Shown: positions 46,387 through 57,197, counted from the stretch's first letter. The stretch is DNA of 64,000 nucleotides from Candidatus Zhuqueibacterota bacterium (GCA_049322915.1 JBMOPW010000020.1:192001-256000); one strand, 5' to 3'. Translations and numbers: made by a program. Notes: generated by a model from the sequence alone, not told the origin.

Positions 46387-46747
46387 ATTTCTCCTGATCC
46401 TTGTGCCGGCCTAAAAAAAGTTTCTGAGATCCCCAGTTTAGTCTTGTATAGTCTAACTTAAGCAATCATAAAATTTAAATGGATGAAGTTGTTGTTACGG
46501 TTCTGAAGGTGTAATAACAATTTTGTATTTAATCCCAAAATATGTTAATCAATCTTAAGAAAAACTAGAGATTGTTCGATATATTAATTATAATAGGCCT
46601 TAATTTTTAAAGCGTTAAGGGCCTGATTGTGTTAAACATCATATTTTTCAGTCATTAAAAAAATGTAATTATTAAGCGGGGGTAGAAGACCAATAAAAAT
46701 AGCGGATTAGTAGAACGAGTTTATAGGGGTGGAAAAAGGAATATAGC

Positions 46748-46776
46748 TTGCATTTAAAAATTGAAATAATTACGTT
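46748..46776 (+). promoter_or_regulatory. Candidate sigma-70 promoter for the TPR triplet
   Basis: TTGCAT-17-TACGTT in an AT-rich intergenic region. Confidence 0.35.
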
Positions 46777-46913
46777 ATACGCATTCTGAAAATGCGTTCC
46801 CAACGATTCCCAAAGCTCGATAAGAAGAATGGAGCATTATCAATCGGCGATGAAAAGCGTGACATTAGTTTATCCTCTGAGAGAAAAGATTTTTACAACA
46901 ACATCGGGTGACC

Positions 46914-48401
46914 ATGAACTGCATCGTGAGCTGCATATTTAAAATTAGTAGAAGGACATGTTGGGGGTTGATGATCCTGTTATTGGTCCATTCAAACGGA
47001 TTAGCCCAGTTGGATCAATTCCATTCGTCCGGTCCGCATTTTTCCATGGCGGGATTGAGCGACAGCGGGATGATTTCGGATGACAAGAAAGAAAGTGATG
47101 ACACCATCCGTGAAATCAACCGGTTCACGTTGAGCGATTCCCTCTGGAGGATGTGGCAAGCTGTGGCAGATTCTCAATACGTCATTGCCAGAAAAGATTC
47201 GATTCAGGCGGAGAAGCTATTTATATCCGGAGCCAAATTAGCCCGCGAAGCATTTAATTCCATTAAGAATATCAATCGCAGCGAAATGGACTCCTCGGAC
47301 GTGCGCAAGATCGAAGTGAAAGCAATCCTGCATTTTGAGCAGGCGCGCATGTATTTTGAACAGACCTTCAAGTTGAATCCTTTTGATATCAAGACGCAAA
47401 ATTACCTCATCTGGATTTTCCAAAACCTGGCTGAATTACATGCCCACTGCGACAATGCTACCCGCGCGATTACCATGCTGGAGTACCTGACTTACATCGT
47501 GAATGACGATCCCGGGTTGTATTACAAATTAAGCCAGAAATATTTCAATGCTGGCCGCTGGGACAAGGCGCTGACGAACATCAAATCGGCGATTGAGTTA
47601 TTATTGAATGATGACTGGAATAAAATTGACACGAACTACCTGTTCGGCCATTACTATATTAAATCAAATGCCGAGATTCAATTGAACATGATTCCGCAAG
47701 CGTTGCAGTCCCTGCAGTATGCCAAACTCATTGCCCCGACGCCGGTCGAAGCGAAGCGCATTCAGCAGAAAATTGATTGGATCAACTGGGACGATGGAAA
47801 TCTGACGGCATCCCGACGGTCCGACCAGTTGAATTACAAGGTGCAGCAGGGAGATTCAGATTATCTGACAATCAAAGAAGAGTACATGGACTTGCTGAAC
47901 CAGGTGACTACGGAGCGCGCCAAACAGGACATCAACTGGAAGGTTGCTCAGTTGGAGTATTCGTTTCTTGACCAGAAATTGCTGGCAGCGGATAGAATGC
48001 GGGAACTGGCAGAACAGATCCCACTGGATTCAACTGGACAGGCGCTTCGGCCCGAAGATCAGAAATACCTCGAAGATTATGGGATGATATGTTATAACCT
48101 GGGTCAGCAGCGCCTCCAGGAAAATGATCTCCGAAGTGCATTTGTTTATTTTTTCCAATCGGTCAATTTTCAATGGAGCGGTGTGGGAAAAAGCTACCTT
48201 CAACTTTCCAAGTTGACATCGCTGGATAATAAATCGTCACTTAAATATGCACAATCGGCGCTCGCACTGGAGGAGCAATTGTCCATCGATGAAAAGAATG
48301 ACCTGTACTATGCCATTTACCTCGCCTATAAACGCATGGGCAGTTTTGATGATGCCCGACAATGGTTTCAAAAGTCAAGCAATTTAACGATGAGTCGGTG
48401 A
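46914..48401 (+). CDS. Exported TPR protein, paralog 1
   Basis: Signal-like N-terminus, helical repeats, LNPFD and WINWDDGN motifs; start uncertain. Confidence 0.85.
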   Translation: MNCIVSCIFKISRRTCWGLMILLLVHSNGLAQLDQFHSSGPHFSMAGLSDSGMISDDKKESDDTIREINRFTLSDSLWRMWQAVADSQYVIARKDSIQAEKLFISGAKLAREAFNSIKNINRSEMDSSDVRKIEVKAILHFEQARMYFEQTFKLNPFDIKTQNYLIWIFQNLAELHAHCDNATRAITMLEYLTYIVNDDPGLYYKLSQKYFNAGRWDKALTNIKSAIELLLNDDWNKIDTNYLFGHYYIKSNAEIQLNMIPQALQSLQYAKLIAPTPVEAKRIQQKIDWINWDDGNLTASRRSDQLNYKVQQGDSDYLTIKEEYMDLLNQVTTERAKQDINWKVAQLEYSFLDQKLLAADRMRELAEQIPLDSTGQALRPEDQKYLEDYGMICYNLGQQRLQENDLRSAFVYFFQSVNFQWSGVGKSYLQLSKLTSLDNKSSLKYAQSALALEEQLSIDEKNDLYYAIYLAYKRMGSFDDARQWFQKSSNLTMSR

Positions 48402-49867
48402 TGCGGAACGTTGGGATAGCCTTTCTGATAGCTACAATTCTTACCTCATGCGCGGTAAATCGCTCGCTGAATACAGAACAAAAATCCAGGCACGTTTCAA
48501 CTGAGGTTGTGCATTTTCCGGGCGTGGATAGCACAGTCGCCCGCGAGGCGCTGAACTACGCCGATCGCATCCTTGCTGATGCCGCACAGATGGATGCCGC
48601 TGACTCTTTATATCAACGGGCGAAAATTTCATTTGAATGTGCAGACACGCTGTCTTTGGCGCTGCGCCATTCAAAAGAGCATGATCCCATTGGTGAGAAT
48701 CTGTGCCATCGTTGGATCAACCAAATCGGACTCTCAGGCAAAACGCGAAACCTATTTCTGAAGCTCAATTCCAGGCGTAAGCTAGAATACATTTTTACAA
48801 ATGCGAACGAGGATGCGGCTCAGGCGAAGCTGCTCAATCCATTCAATCTGAACACGCGGGGACTCCTTGTCCAGATAAATATGATGCTGGGCAATCTCAC
48901 CAATCGTAACGATTATTACTTGGTTGCTGTGAATGAAATTGAAAATTTGCTGCTGGTCGATAAGAGCAATCCCGATGTGTACACGCGGTTGGCCGAATGC
49001 CATTATGCACTGGGCAATTGGGCGAAATGCGATGAGAGTTTTCGGGAAGCGGAAAAGGTGCTTCACGTCGTCGCCCAGTTTAAAATGATTGAAGAACCTG
49101 GCAGCAGCAACGACGTGGATACATCGAAATGGGTGTACCTGCTTCGGGGACAGGGCGAAGCCAGAGCGAAAATGTACGATGCCGAAGGCGCAATTGGCTT
49201 TCTCACCCGGGCGTATGAACTCACCGACTCCGAGTCGTTGCGAACTGAATTGACGAATTACCTGTCCTGGATAAAATGGGATGAGGGGAATATTCGCGCA
49301 TCGGAATTGCGCGATGAAGTTGTTGAACTGGAACAGCATGCGGACTATAAACAGGCGAGTGAGAAATACATCGACCTGTTGAATCACCTGAAAACCCAGC
49401 GCACCAGAAATGAGATCAATTGGAAAATTGCCTCTATCGAATATCAGCATCTGAATCGGGAGAAAGACGCTGTGGCCCGGCTTTTTAGTGTGTTGAAAAA
49501 TATTCCCGACGATGAAACGAATGTGCCGCGACATGAGCGCTTTCGCAAAGACTATGCTGCGATGTGCTTTTCTCTCGGCTTGAAATATTCCAGGATGAAT
49601 GAAATGCGGCTGGCCTATATCTACCTCAGGCAGGCTTCAAAAATTGAATGGGACTATCGAGCCAGGAGCTATCTGCAACTGGCATTATTGTCCCAGTCGA
49701 ATCCCGAAGAGACAATACGCAACTGCACATTGGCGCTGAACGAGCGGGAGCAGCTATCCAGCGACGAGATTTACAAAATTCATCAGATGTTATTTGGTGC
49801 CCATAAGCAAAATGGCAATTACGACGATGCCCGGCATTTTCACAAATTGCTGGCGAACCATAATTAA
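48401..49867 (+). CDS. TPR lipoprotein, paralog 2
   Basis: TGATG overlap with the previous stop, ILTSC lipobox, LNPFN, WIKWDEGN. Confidence 0.85.
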   Translation: MRNVGIAFLIATILTSCAVNRSLNTEQKSRHVSTEVVHFPGVDSTVAREALNYADRILADAAQMDAADSLYQRAKISFECADTLSLALRHSKEHDPIGENLCHRWINQIGLSGKTRNLFLKLNSRRKLEYIFTNANEDAAQAKLLNPFNLNTRGLLVQINMMLGNLTNRNDYYLVAVNEIENLLLVDKSNPDVYTRLAECHYALGNWAKCDESFREAEKVLHVVAQFKMIEEPGSSNDVDTSKWVYLLRGQGEARAKMYDAEGAIGFLTRAYELTDSESLRTELTNYLSWIKWDEGNIRASELRDEVVELEQHADYKQASEKYIDLLNHLKTQRTRNEINWKIASIEYQHLNREKDAVARLFSVLKNIPDDETNVPRHERFRKDYAAMCFSLGLKYSRMNEMRLAYIYLRQASKIEWDYRARSYLQLALLSQSNPEETIRNCTLALNEREQLSSDEIYKIHQMLFGAHKQNGNYDDARHFHKLLANHN

Positions 49868-51349
49868 ATGAGTTCCATGAGAGAAATTTTCCTGAAAAGT
49901 CTGATTTCAATTGTGTTGTATGCCCTGATATTCCTGAATGGCTGCGGGACGACGCGTCATCAGTTTCATGCCGGGGACGAAGGATCTGACCCGGTGGGAG
50001 TCGATAGCCTCACCCTGGCCGAAGCGGATTCCATCATCCCGCATCTTTTTGTGAATTTTCACCATAAGCAAAAGTCGACCCAACTTTGCAATGACGGCGA
50101 ACGTTCCCTCACAGCCGCGGATTCACTGTGGCAATTGCTGCGTACTGAAATCCGGGATTCGTCACAAAATTCCGACACAACATCGGAGACTATCCTTACC
50201 CGGGAGAAAAGGCGGCAGAGCCACGTCGAAGAGCTGACCAAATGCCTGGTTGCTGCGGAGAAAAATTTTCAGAAATCGATCGAGTTAAATCCATTTGCCC
50301 TGGATTGCCGGGATGGTCTGGCTCGAACCTATTTTTTAAAAGCAGATGTTGAAAAGAATAATTCCAATTTCGTAAAAGCGGAGCAGGTGCTTCTTGAAAT
50401 TCTCGAGCGTGAGAAGGGCGAGCATAACCTTTACTTCAATCTGGGGGAATGCTATTTCAAACTGGAGCAGTGGGAAAACGCATTTCAAAATTACAGTCGG
50501 GCAGCATCTGTTTTTAGCCAGACAAAAGACTTTTATTTTGACAGCACCAGATCTGCCCAAGCGCAAGATTCAAGCGCCAATGCGCTCAACTTCACTTATC
50601 TCTATTCGCAGGCAGTGTGCCTGTCCAGGATGTACCGCTCGGCCGAGGCGCTCGAAATGATTCGTCAGGCAAAAACCATGGCGGAGACAGAACAGCGCAA
50701 ATCGATTGCCGCGCATTTCGAGAACTGGCTGAATTGGGATAACGGGAATATTCAGTCCGCAGAGAAGAAAAACAACATCCTGAATCTGGTCAAAGCGGAG
50801 AAATATACCGACGCTGCCAATCAATTTCAAACGTTGAAAGAATCGTTGTCGGACAGAGATGCCATTGATGAGATTGAATGGCGCATTGCCGGTCTTGAAT
50901 TTCAATATTTGAATAAGAAAGAGCAGGCGTGCGACCGGTTACTGCGCGTCATTCGCAACCGGGAAAAAACGGCTTCCATCGCCCTGTCAAATCAGGAGAA
51001 CATGAGGCAATATCTGAAAGATTGCGGTGCGATGCACTACTACCTGGGGATGAATTACATTGAAAAAGCGGACTATCGGTCGGCCAAAGACTATCTGGCA
51101 GTCGGCGCAGAAATCGAATGGTCCGGCAAGTACAAATGCCAACTCGAACTGGCTAAGATGAACAAACACAACCCACAGATGTCGCTGGAACTGATTCAAA
51201 AGGTCCTGAGCGCAGATTCCAATCTCACTATTCCCGAAAAAATCGATGCGCTCCAGGTGAAGCTCAAAGTGTTGAAAAAATTAGGCCCGGATTACCTCCT
51301 CGAAGCAAAACAGACCTACCTTCAAATCAGAGAACTTCAGAAGAACTGA
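49868..51349 (+). CDS. TPR lipoprotein, paralog 3
   Basis: Abuts the previous stop, FLNGC lipobox, LNPFA, WLNWDNGN. Confidence 0.85.
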   Translation: MSSMREIFLKSLISIVLYALIFLNGCGTTRHQFHAGDEGSDPVGVDSLTLAEADSIIPHLFVNFHHKQKSTQLCNDGERSLTAADSLWQLLRTEIRDSSQNSDTTSETILTREKRRQSHVEELTKCLVAAEKNFQKSIELNPFALDCRDGLARTYFLKADVEKNNSNFVKAEQVLLEILEREKGEHNLYFNLGECYFKLEQWENAFQNYSRAASVFSQTKDFYFDSTRSAQAQDSSANALNFTYLYSQAVCLSRMYRSAEALEMIRQAKTMAETEQRKSIAAHFENWLNWDNGNIQSAEKKNNILNLVKAEKYTDAANQFQTLKESLSDRDAIDEIEWRIAGLEFQYLNKKEQACDRLLRVIRNREKTASIALSNQENMRQYLKDCGAMHYYLGMNYIEKADYRSAKDYLAVGAEIEWSGKYKCQLELAKMNKHNPQMSLELIQKVLSADSNLTIPEKIDALQVKLKVLKKLGPDYLLEAKQTYLQIRELQKN

Positions 51350-51577
51350 TGCCGCTGGTATCGCGTTTGATTCGACCCTCCGTTGGAATATCAATCCCAT
51401 GACTGTTTTTTATCCGAAATTTCCCCTGAACTTTTTAATTTTTGTATCGTCTAAAAAAGTAGTTCAGGAAAAAGTTGTCTATCCATTTGAAATAGTATGT
51501 GTTTCTTGGAATTAAATCATAAATAATTTCTGCGGAGTTAACAGATAAGACCCAATAAAATACAGGAGGAGAAGCTG

Positions 51578-52666
51578 ATGAAAACGAACAGATCATCTTT
51601 TTACCTGGCAACGCTGCTCATTTTTATGATGAGCTTTATTTTGCCGGGATGTTACACACAGCTTTCCCGGCCGCAAGTGGATACTCAGGATGAGTATTAT
51701 TCGGATGAAAACCGAAGTGAATACGATGCGGAAGAGGCCGAGGATTATTACGATGATGAACAATACGCCGACTCGACGGTGATTCAGGAAACGGATGTCT
51801 ACATTCACAATTATTATCCTTACGGGCCGGGCTGGAATTTCGGGTATTATGACCCCTTCTATTACGACTATTATCGCTGGAGCTATGTTGGCTATTATCC
51901 AGATTTCTGGTGGGATCCGTACAGCCACTATTGGGGCCCGGGCTGGTATGTCGGATATAGTTATTACGATTATTATTACTGGCGCAATCCCGGCTATTAT
52001 CACAATTACTACGGTTACAACAATAAACCGGAGCGGGGAGCGATGAATCAGCGGGAATTCAATCGTCGGTCGCCGGGATTGGCAGATCACACGCGACGGG
52101 ATGAGCCGCGAAATGTATCCCGCGTGGATCCGGCTCAAAACGTCAATCGAGCAGGACGAACCGATGCGGCATTGAAAAATCCAACCATTCGGGATGACGC
52201 TCGTTCCGTGAAACGGGCGGTGAAACAGACGCCCTCTATTACCACGCGTCCCAGGACGAAGGACAATAAAGCCATGGTCAATGATTTGAAAAAGCGGTAT
52301 TCTGAAAATAAACGGAATAATACTGCGACGGACGCTCGTAAGACGATTCGGGTGAAAGATCAGCCGCGTCAGGTGAAGCAAAATGTGCAGCGGCCGAAAA
52401 TAACAACGGTTCCAAAATCTCGCAGCGATGCGTCTCGCAGCACGAATAAAAATAGCGCTTCTCCGAGCACATCGAATCGGAGCAGCGGAAGTACGTCCGA
52501 CAAATCCAATACACCACCAAGCGGCAGCAGTTCATCCGGCAAGTCCTATACACCGCGCAGCAGCGGAAGCAGTTCTGGCTCTGCCACACGAAGCGTTTCC
52601 GCGCCCCCGGCGCGAACGACTGAAACCAGTTCAACGACTTCTAAAGGTTCAACCAACAAAAAGTAA
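51578..52666 (+). CDS. Lipoprotein with acidic, Tyr/Trp-rich and basic Ser/Thr-rich low-complexity segments
   Basis: AGGAGG RBS, LPGC-YTQL lipobox, strong compositional zoning. Confidence 0.85.
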   Translation: MKTNRSSFYLATLLIFMMSFILPGCYTQLSRPQVDTQDEYYSDENRSEYDAEEAEDYYDDEQYADSTVIQETDVYIHNYYPYGPGWNFGYYDPFYYDYYRWSYVGYYPDFWWDPYSHYWGPGWYVGYSYYDYYYWRNPGYYHNYYGYNNKPERGAMNQREFNRRSPGLADHTRRDEPRNVSRVDPAQNVNRAGRTDAALKNPTIRDDARSVKRAVKQTPSITTRPRTKDNKAMVNDLKKRYSENKRNNTATDARKTIRVKDQPRQVKQNVQRPKITTVPKSRSDASRSTNKNSASPSTSNRSSGSTSDKSNTPPSGSSSSGKSYTPRSSGSSSGSATRSVSAPPARTTETSSTTSKGSTNKK

Positions 52667-52686
52667 CTTTTACATTGGAGCTGAAA

Positions 52687-53976
52687 ATGAAAAAATGGAT
52701 TATTTTTCCAATACTTCTGTTGGTCGGGTTGGTTGTTACATCCGCACAAGCGCAGACAGAAGCTTTCTTCCTGGGCCATATCACCGGTGTTGGTGGGCGC
52801 GCCCTCTCTATGGGTAGCGCATACCTGGCGGTTTCGGATGATTATTCGGCGACACTGTGGAACCCGGCCGGTCTCACGCAACTGCGACGGATGGAATTGT
52901 TCGCCTCAATGTCCAATTTAAAGTATCTGAACGAGTCCACCCTGGGCGAAGTGAAAAACTCGGATAAAACGACCAAGACCAAATTGAATTCAATCGGGTT
53001 CGCGTTCCCTGTCCCGACCTATCGCGGCAGCCTCGTGTTTGCCGTGGGCTATAATAGGGTACGTAACTTTGATTCCGGTTTTTCGTTAGGTCTGTACAAC
53101 AGCTATTACGGAGTGAATCAAGAATTTACTGAAATCGAAGAAGGCGGATTGAACAATTGGGTTTTTGCCGGCGCGATGGAAGTCACTGAAAATCTGTCCA
53201 TCGGCGCATCGATGAATATCTGGCGCGGAAATGATGATTACTATTTGAATTTCTATGAAGAAGACATTGATGATGCATATTATTATGATAACTATTCCTA
53301 CGATCAACAAATACTAACCAAGTACAACGCAGTGAATTTCAAGTTGGGAGCGCTCTATAGATTCGCCCGCTTCTTTAGATTTGCTGCCACCGTCGCCACG
53401 CCGGTGTCGATGAATGCCGAAGAAGATTGGGAGGAATTGACCTCGCAGGTGGAAGACGCCGACAGTCCGGATGAGGATTACCTGAACGATCAGTCCGGTA
53501 GCTGGGACTATGGCATCAAATTCCCGTTTGTATTTTCAGCCGGTGCTGCAGTCACTTTGTTGCCGAATATCGTGGTTTCAGGTGACGTTGAATACACGGA
53601 TTGGTCCCAGACCCGATACACCAAAGAACCGCCGGTCGGCGACAGGTTCAGCGAGAATCTGGATTTCAAACAGAATTATGCCGCCACGACCACGTATCGG
53701 GTGGGAGCGGAGTTCACAGTGCCGTTGATCAATGCCCAGTTACGGGCTGGCGCAATCAGAATTCCCTCGCCGCTCAAAGACGCAACGTCCCAGCAGGATA
53801 GAAATTACTACACCGTCGGTGGCGGGTTGTTGCTGGACAAACAAGTGAAAATCGATGTGGCATACATTCACGGCTGGTGGGAGAAAGCTGAAAGCTCTCT
53901 CTCCGAAGGCCTTGATCCTCTCAACGAAAAAATTACGTTTGATACCGTGTTTGCGACGTTGTCAGTTCGATTCTAA
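52687..53976 (+). CDS. Outer-membrane beta-barrel, OmpP1/FadL-like
   Basis: GGRALSMGSAYLAVSDDYSATLWNPAGL; terminal F. Confidence 0.88.
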   Translation: MKKWIIFPILLLVGLVVTSAQAQTEAFFLGHITGVGGRALSMGSAYLAVSDDYSATLWNPAGLTQLRRMELFASMSNLKYLNESTLGEVKNSDKTTKTKLNSIGFAFPVPTYRGSLVFAVGYNRVRNFDSGFSLGLYNSYYGVNQEFTEIEEGGLNNWVFAGAMEVTENLSIGASMNIWRGNDDYYLNFYEEDIDDAYYYDNYSYDQQILTKYNAVNFKLGALYRFARFFRFAATVATPVSMNAEEDWEELTSQVEDADSPDEDYLNDQSGSWDYGIKFPFVFSAGAAVTLLPNIVVSGDVEYTDWSQTRYTKEPPVGDRFSENLDFKQNYAATTTYRVGAEFTVPLINAQLRAGAIRIPSPLKDATSQQDRNYYTVGGGLLLDKQVKIDVAYIHGWWEKAESSLSEGLDPLNEKITFDTVFATLSVRF

Positions 53977-54006
53977 TTTACCAGTACAAAAAGCGATTTG
54001 TGAATT

Positions 54007-54051
54007 ATCTCTGCCATCGAATCCCGGCTTCCGGTGGCAGGGATTTTTTTT
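54007..54051 (+). terminator. Intrinsic terminator
   Basis: ATCTCTGCCATCG...CGGTGGCAGGGAT followed by a T-run. Confidence 0.75.
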
Positions 54052-54065
54052 AATTTCAAATTGAG

Positions 54066-56177
54066 ATGAAACGGATCAGTCCGCAAATAATATTCCTCAC
54101 CTACCTGCTGCTCCTTATATTTCCTGCGCAGACTGCCGCCTCGGAAAAAACCAAACGGGCAGAGGCGCATTACCAGCAGGCCGTCTCGTTCTACCAGCAA
54201 AGCAACCGCGATTCCGCGCTCCATCATCTGAAAAAAGCTATCTCGCTCAATCGAAAACACGCAAAGGCATACCACCAATTAGCCGTGCTGTTCATGGACG
54301 AGGGGACTGTGCACGGCCGGTTCAAGGCGACTTTTGAAATGGAACGCGCTTTAAAACTGGAACCAAACAATCCGGAATTCCGCTATTCCTGCGCCCTTCT
54401 CAATCTCAAAAAAGGCTTGACCTTCGAAGCCAGGCGACAGTTCGAGAAAATCGTCGAGGCTGATCCGTACCATTACCAGGCTTATTTTCAACTTGCCGCT
54501 CTGGAAGAAGACCAGGTGATGGCCTACAAAGATATGATCAGCATCGATCCGGATCTGGATGGGATTATCTTCATGCAGTCCTTTGCCCTGCAAGCGCAAC
54601 AAAAGGCCGCGGATTACTTCAGGCAGGCCATATCAGCGAATCCCCATTTTACAACGGCATACTATCGTCTGGCGCTCCTCTATTTTGAATTCCAGCAACT
54701 GGAGCACATGATTCAATTATTGGAGAGCGCGGTGAAGATTATGCCGACGGATAAAAATTGCCATCTGTTTTTGGGATTTGCCTATCAGCACTCGCGACGC
54801 TATGCTGAAGCGGAACGCGAATATCATCTGGCCAGATCGCTCATGACGCACGAAGAGGAGTCAATTTTCGAATCGGTGGAGCCCATTCTGTCCCCGACTC
54901 AACTCAAACAGCTTCAGCGTCCGGGGCGCCCGGCTGATACAGACTCCCTGCTCGAAAATGTATGGATGAGCAAGGACCCGCTTTTTCTTACTGAATTCAA
55001 TGAGCGGAAATTGGAGCACTTCAGTCGCGTGGCCTATGCAAACCTGAGGTATTCTTTTCCGGACAGGGGCATCGAAGGTTGGCAGACGGACCGGGGTAAA
55101 GTGCTGATTCGCTATGGCAGCCCTGCCTTCAAATATCGCACGCGACCGTACATCGGCGCGTTTGTCGGTGGCACCCGGAATCCGCTTCACCATTCGAAAG
55201 AGTACTGGATTTATTCGGACTTTCATTTTATTTTCGAAGACCAGTATCTCTCCGGCAATTTCGCCTTTGCCTGGGAGGATGGGACGCAGCCCGATTTCAA
55301 ATATGTGTATGAAGAGATGATCAAGGACAGACCTGATTTTTACCAGGTTCATCCTGACTCCGAGATGTTTGACGTGCCAATGGAGATCGCTGCGTTCAAG
55401 GGCGCGACAGGGAAAACCGAGTTGGAAATTTATTACGGCATACCGGCCGGGAAAATCCGGATGAAACAGCAACAGTTCCATTTGAAACAGGGCGTGTTTT
55501 TTTTCGATCCGGATTGGAAACCGGTTGTGAACAGCCGGGCGGATCTATTTCTGACACATGGCGACCTCATCGAAGTGGACAACAGCGCCTTTGGTGTGGG
55601 TCGGTTTCAGGCAGTTCTGGCGCCCGGCGACTATTTTTTCGCCATGGAATTTTTGGATCAAAATTCCAGGCAGTCAGCGACCGTTCATCAGGAGGTGGCC
55701 ATCGATTCGTTTTTCGCGGATCGATTTCAAATGAGCCACGTGCTGTTCGCCCATGATCTGAACCCACCCCGGACAGACTCGCTGCCGACGCGGGCGGATT
55801 TTCACATCATCCCCAATCCGCTCAAAACCTATGGGCCGGGACAGCCGGTGATCCTTTACTACGAAATTTATGGGTTGAGTCAGGATAATTTCGGAGCAAG
55901 CCGATATAGCATAGAGTATAAAATTGGTCAGGATAGCAAATCAATCCCCGGCTGGAGGAAATTTTTTACGGAATTGAAATTGCTGAAAAAGCGGGGAGAA
56001 GTCACCTCCAGCTACGAGTACGCCGGAAATTCGAGAGACGATATTCAGTATCAGAGAATCATCCTGCCGCCGGACCTGGTGGGGAGGGTGCAACTCATCA
56101 TTCAAATCACGGATTTAATCGGCAATGCCACGATACAGCGGCAGGAACTGGTGACCGTCATCGACAGGAAAAAATAG
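54066..56177 (+). CDS. TPR + GWxTD domain protein
   Basis: N-terminal TPRs; NERKLEHFSRVAYAN...GWQTDRGKVLIRYGSP. Confidence 0.9.
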   Translation: MKRISPQIIFLTYLLLLIFPAQTAASEKTKRAEAHYQQAVSFYQQSNRDSALHHLKKAISLNRKHAKAYHQLAVLFMDEGTVHGRFKATFEMERALKLEPNNPEFRYSCALLNLKKGLTFEARRQFEKIVEADPYHYQAYFQLAALEEDQVMAYKDMISIDPDLDGIIFMQSFALQAQQKAADYFRQAISANPHFTTAYYRLALLYFEFQQLEHMIQLLESAVKIMPTDKNCHLFLGFAYQHSRRYAEAEREYHLARSLMTHEEESIFESVEPILSPTQLKQLQRPGRPADTDSLLENVWMSKDPLFLTEFNERKLEHFSRVAYANLRYSFPDRGIEGWQTDRGKVLIRYGSPAFKYRTRPYIGAFVGGTRNPLHHSKEYWIYSDFHFIFEDQYLSGNFAFAWEDGTQPDFKYVYEEMIKDRPDFYQVHPDSEMFDVPMEIAAFKGATGKTELEIYYGIPAGKIRMKQQQFHLKQGVFFFDPDWKPVVNSRADLFLTHGDLIEVDNSAFGVGRFQAVLAPGDYFFAMEFLDQNSRQSATVHQEVAIDSFFADRFQMSHVLFAHDLNPPRTDSLPTRADFHIIPNPLKTYGPGQPVILYYEIYGLSQDNFGASRYSIEYKIGQDSKSIPGWRKFFTELKLLKKRGEVTSSYEYAGNSRDDIQYQRIILPPDLVGRVQLIIQITDLIGNATIQRQELVTVIDRKK

Positions 56178-56179
56178 GG

Positions 56180-57064
56180 ATGAAGAAACTGCTCATCACT
56201 GGCGGGAGCGGATTTGTAGGCACGTTTGTGACGGAGCTTGCCGCTCCCGGATATGAAGTTTATTCGCTGTACTCACAGCATGTGCCCGGTCATCGAAAAG
56301 CGACATTGATTCAGGTCAATTTCACCAATCCGGATCAGCTCCACCAGGTGCTGGCGCGCGTGAGGCCTGATATCATTCTGCACACTGCCGCTATTTCCAA
56401 GCCGGACGCCTGCGAAGCGGATCGGGACAGGACGGTGCAGGTGAATATCCAGGCGACGGTCAGTCTGGCTGACTGGGCCAGAGCCAATGGGGCGCGAATG
56501 ATTTTCACATCGTCGGATCTGGTTTTCGATGGTCGGCGCGGACATTACAGTGAGGACGATGCGACCAATCCGATCAGTTTTTACGGGGAGACAAAAGCGC
56601 GCGCCGAACAGTTACTGTCGGCTATGGACTTCAACTGCGCTTTGGTGCGACTCGCCCTGGTTTACGGCATCGGTCAGTTGCACCAGGAGAATTTCTTCCA
56701 CCAGATGGTGAATCAATTGCGGGCCGGGAAGTCCGTCAATCTTTTTTATGATCAATTCCGAACGCCCATCTCTGGCATCACCTTAGCCGAAGCATTGCTC
56801 GAATTGGCTGAGAGCGATTTCACCGGCATTCTGCACGTGGGGGGCAGCGAGCGGATCAGCCGTTGGGACTTTGGTCTGAAAGCGTGCGCCATCCTGAACC
56901 TTCCGACGGATACACTGCAACGCACGTCCATGTTCGATTTCCCATCCGCGGCGTCGCGTCCCCAGGATGTTTCCATGAATACAACCCTGGCGCAGCGCGT
57001 GCTGCGCACAAAACTGCTCGATTGCACCGAAGGCTTGCAGCGTGTGAAGTCTGCATTGCCATAG
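56180..57064 (+). CDS. dTDP-4-dehydrorhamnose reductase-like SDR
   Basis: TGGSGFVG, SSDLVFDG, YGETK, DQFRTP. Confidence 0.88.
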   Translation: MKKLLITGGSGFVGTFVTELAAPGYEVYSLYSQHVPGHRKATLIQVNFTNPDQLHQVLARVRPDIILHTAAISKPDACEADRDRTVQVNIQATVSLADWARANGARMIFTSSDLVFDGRRGHYSEDDATNPISFYGETKARAEQLLSAMDFNCALVRLALVYGIGQLHQENFFHQMVNQLRAGKSVNLFYDQFRTPISGITLAEALLELAESDFTGILHVGGSERISRWDFGLKACAILNLPTDTLQRTSMFDFPSAASRPQDVSMNTTLAQRVLRTKLLDCTEGLQRVKSALP

Positions 57065-57080
57065 AACATCGATTTTATTC

Positions 57081-57109
57081 TTGCTTTTTTGACGCGGTTT
57101 CTTTATAAT
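57081..57109 (+). promoter_or_regulatory. Sigma-70 promoter for the MFS gene
   Basis: TTGCTT-17-TATAAT. Confidence 0.65.
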
Positions 57110-57197
57110 AGCGGTGCATGAAACGATTCATCACGTAAAAACATCCTTCCTAAATTCCCTGATCATCGTATCTATTTCATTTAGCTGGAGCAATTTC

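Noticed and set aside
46390..46900. AT-rich region as a replication origin or ncRNA
   Set aside because: No DnaA-box cluster seen; only short inverted repeats (e.g. AGGCCTTAA/TTAAGGGCCT) and a plausible promoter.
51593..52381. 262-aa hydrophobic minus-strand ORF
   Set aside because: Antisense of the Tyr/Asp-rich lipoprotein; the Ile/Val richness is a codon mirror effect.
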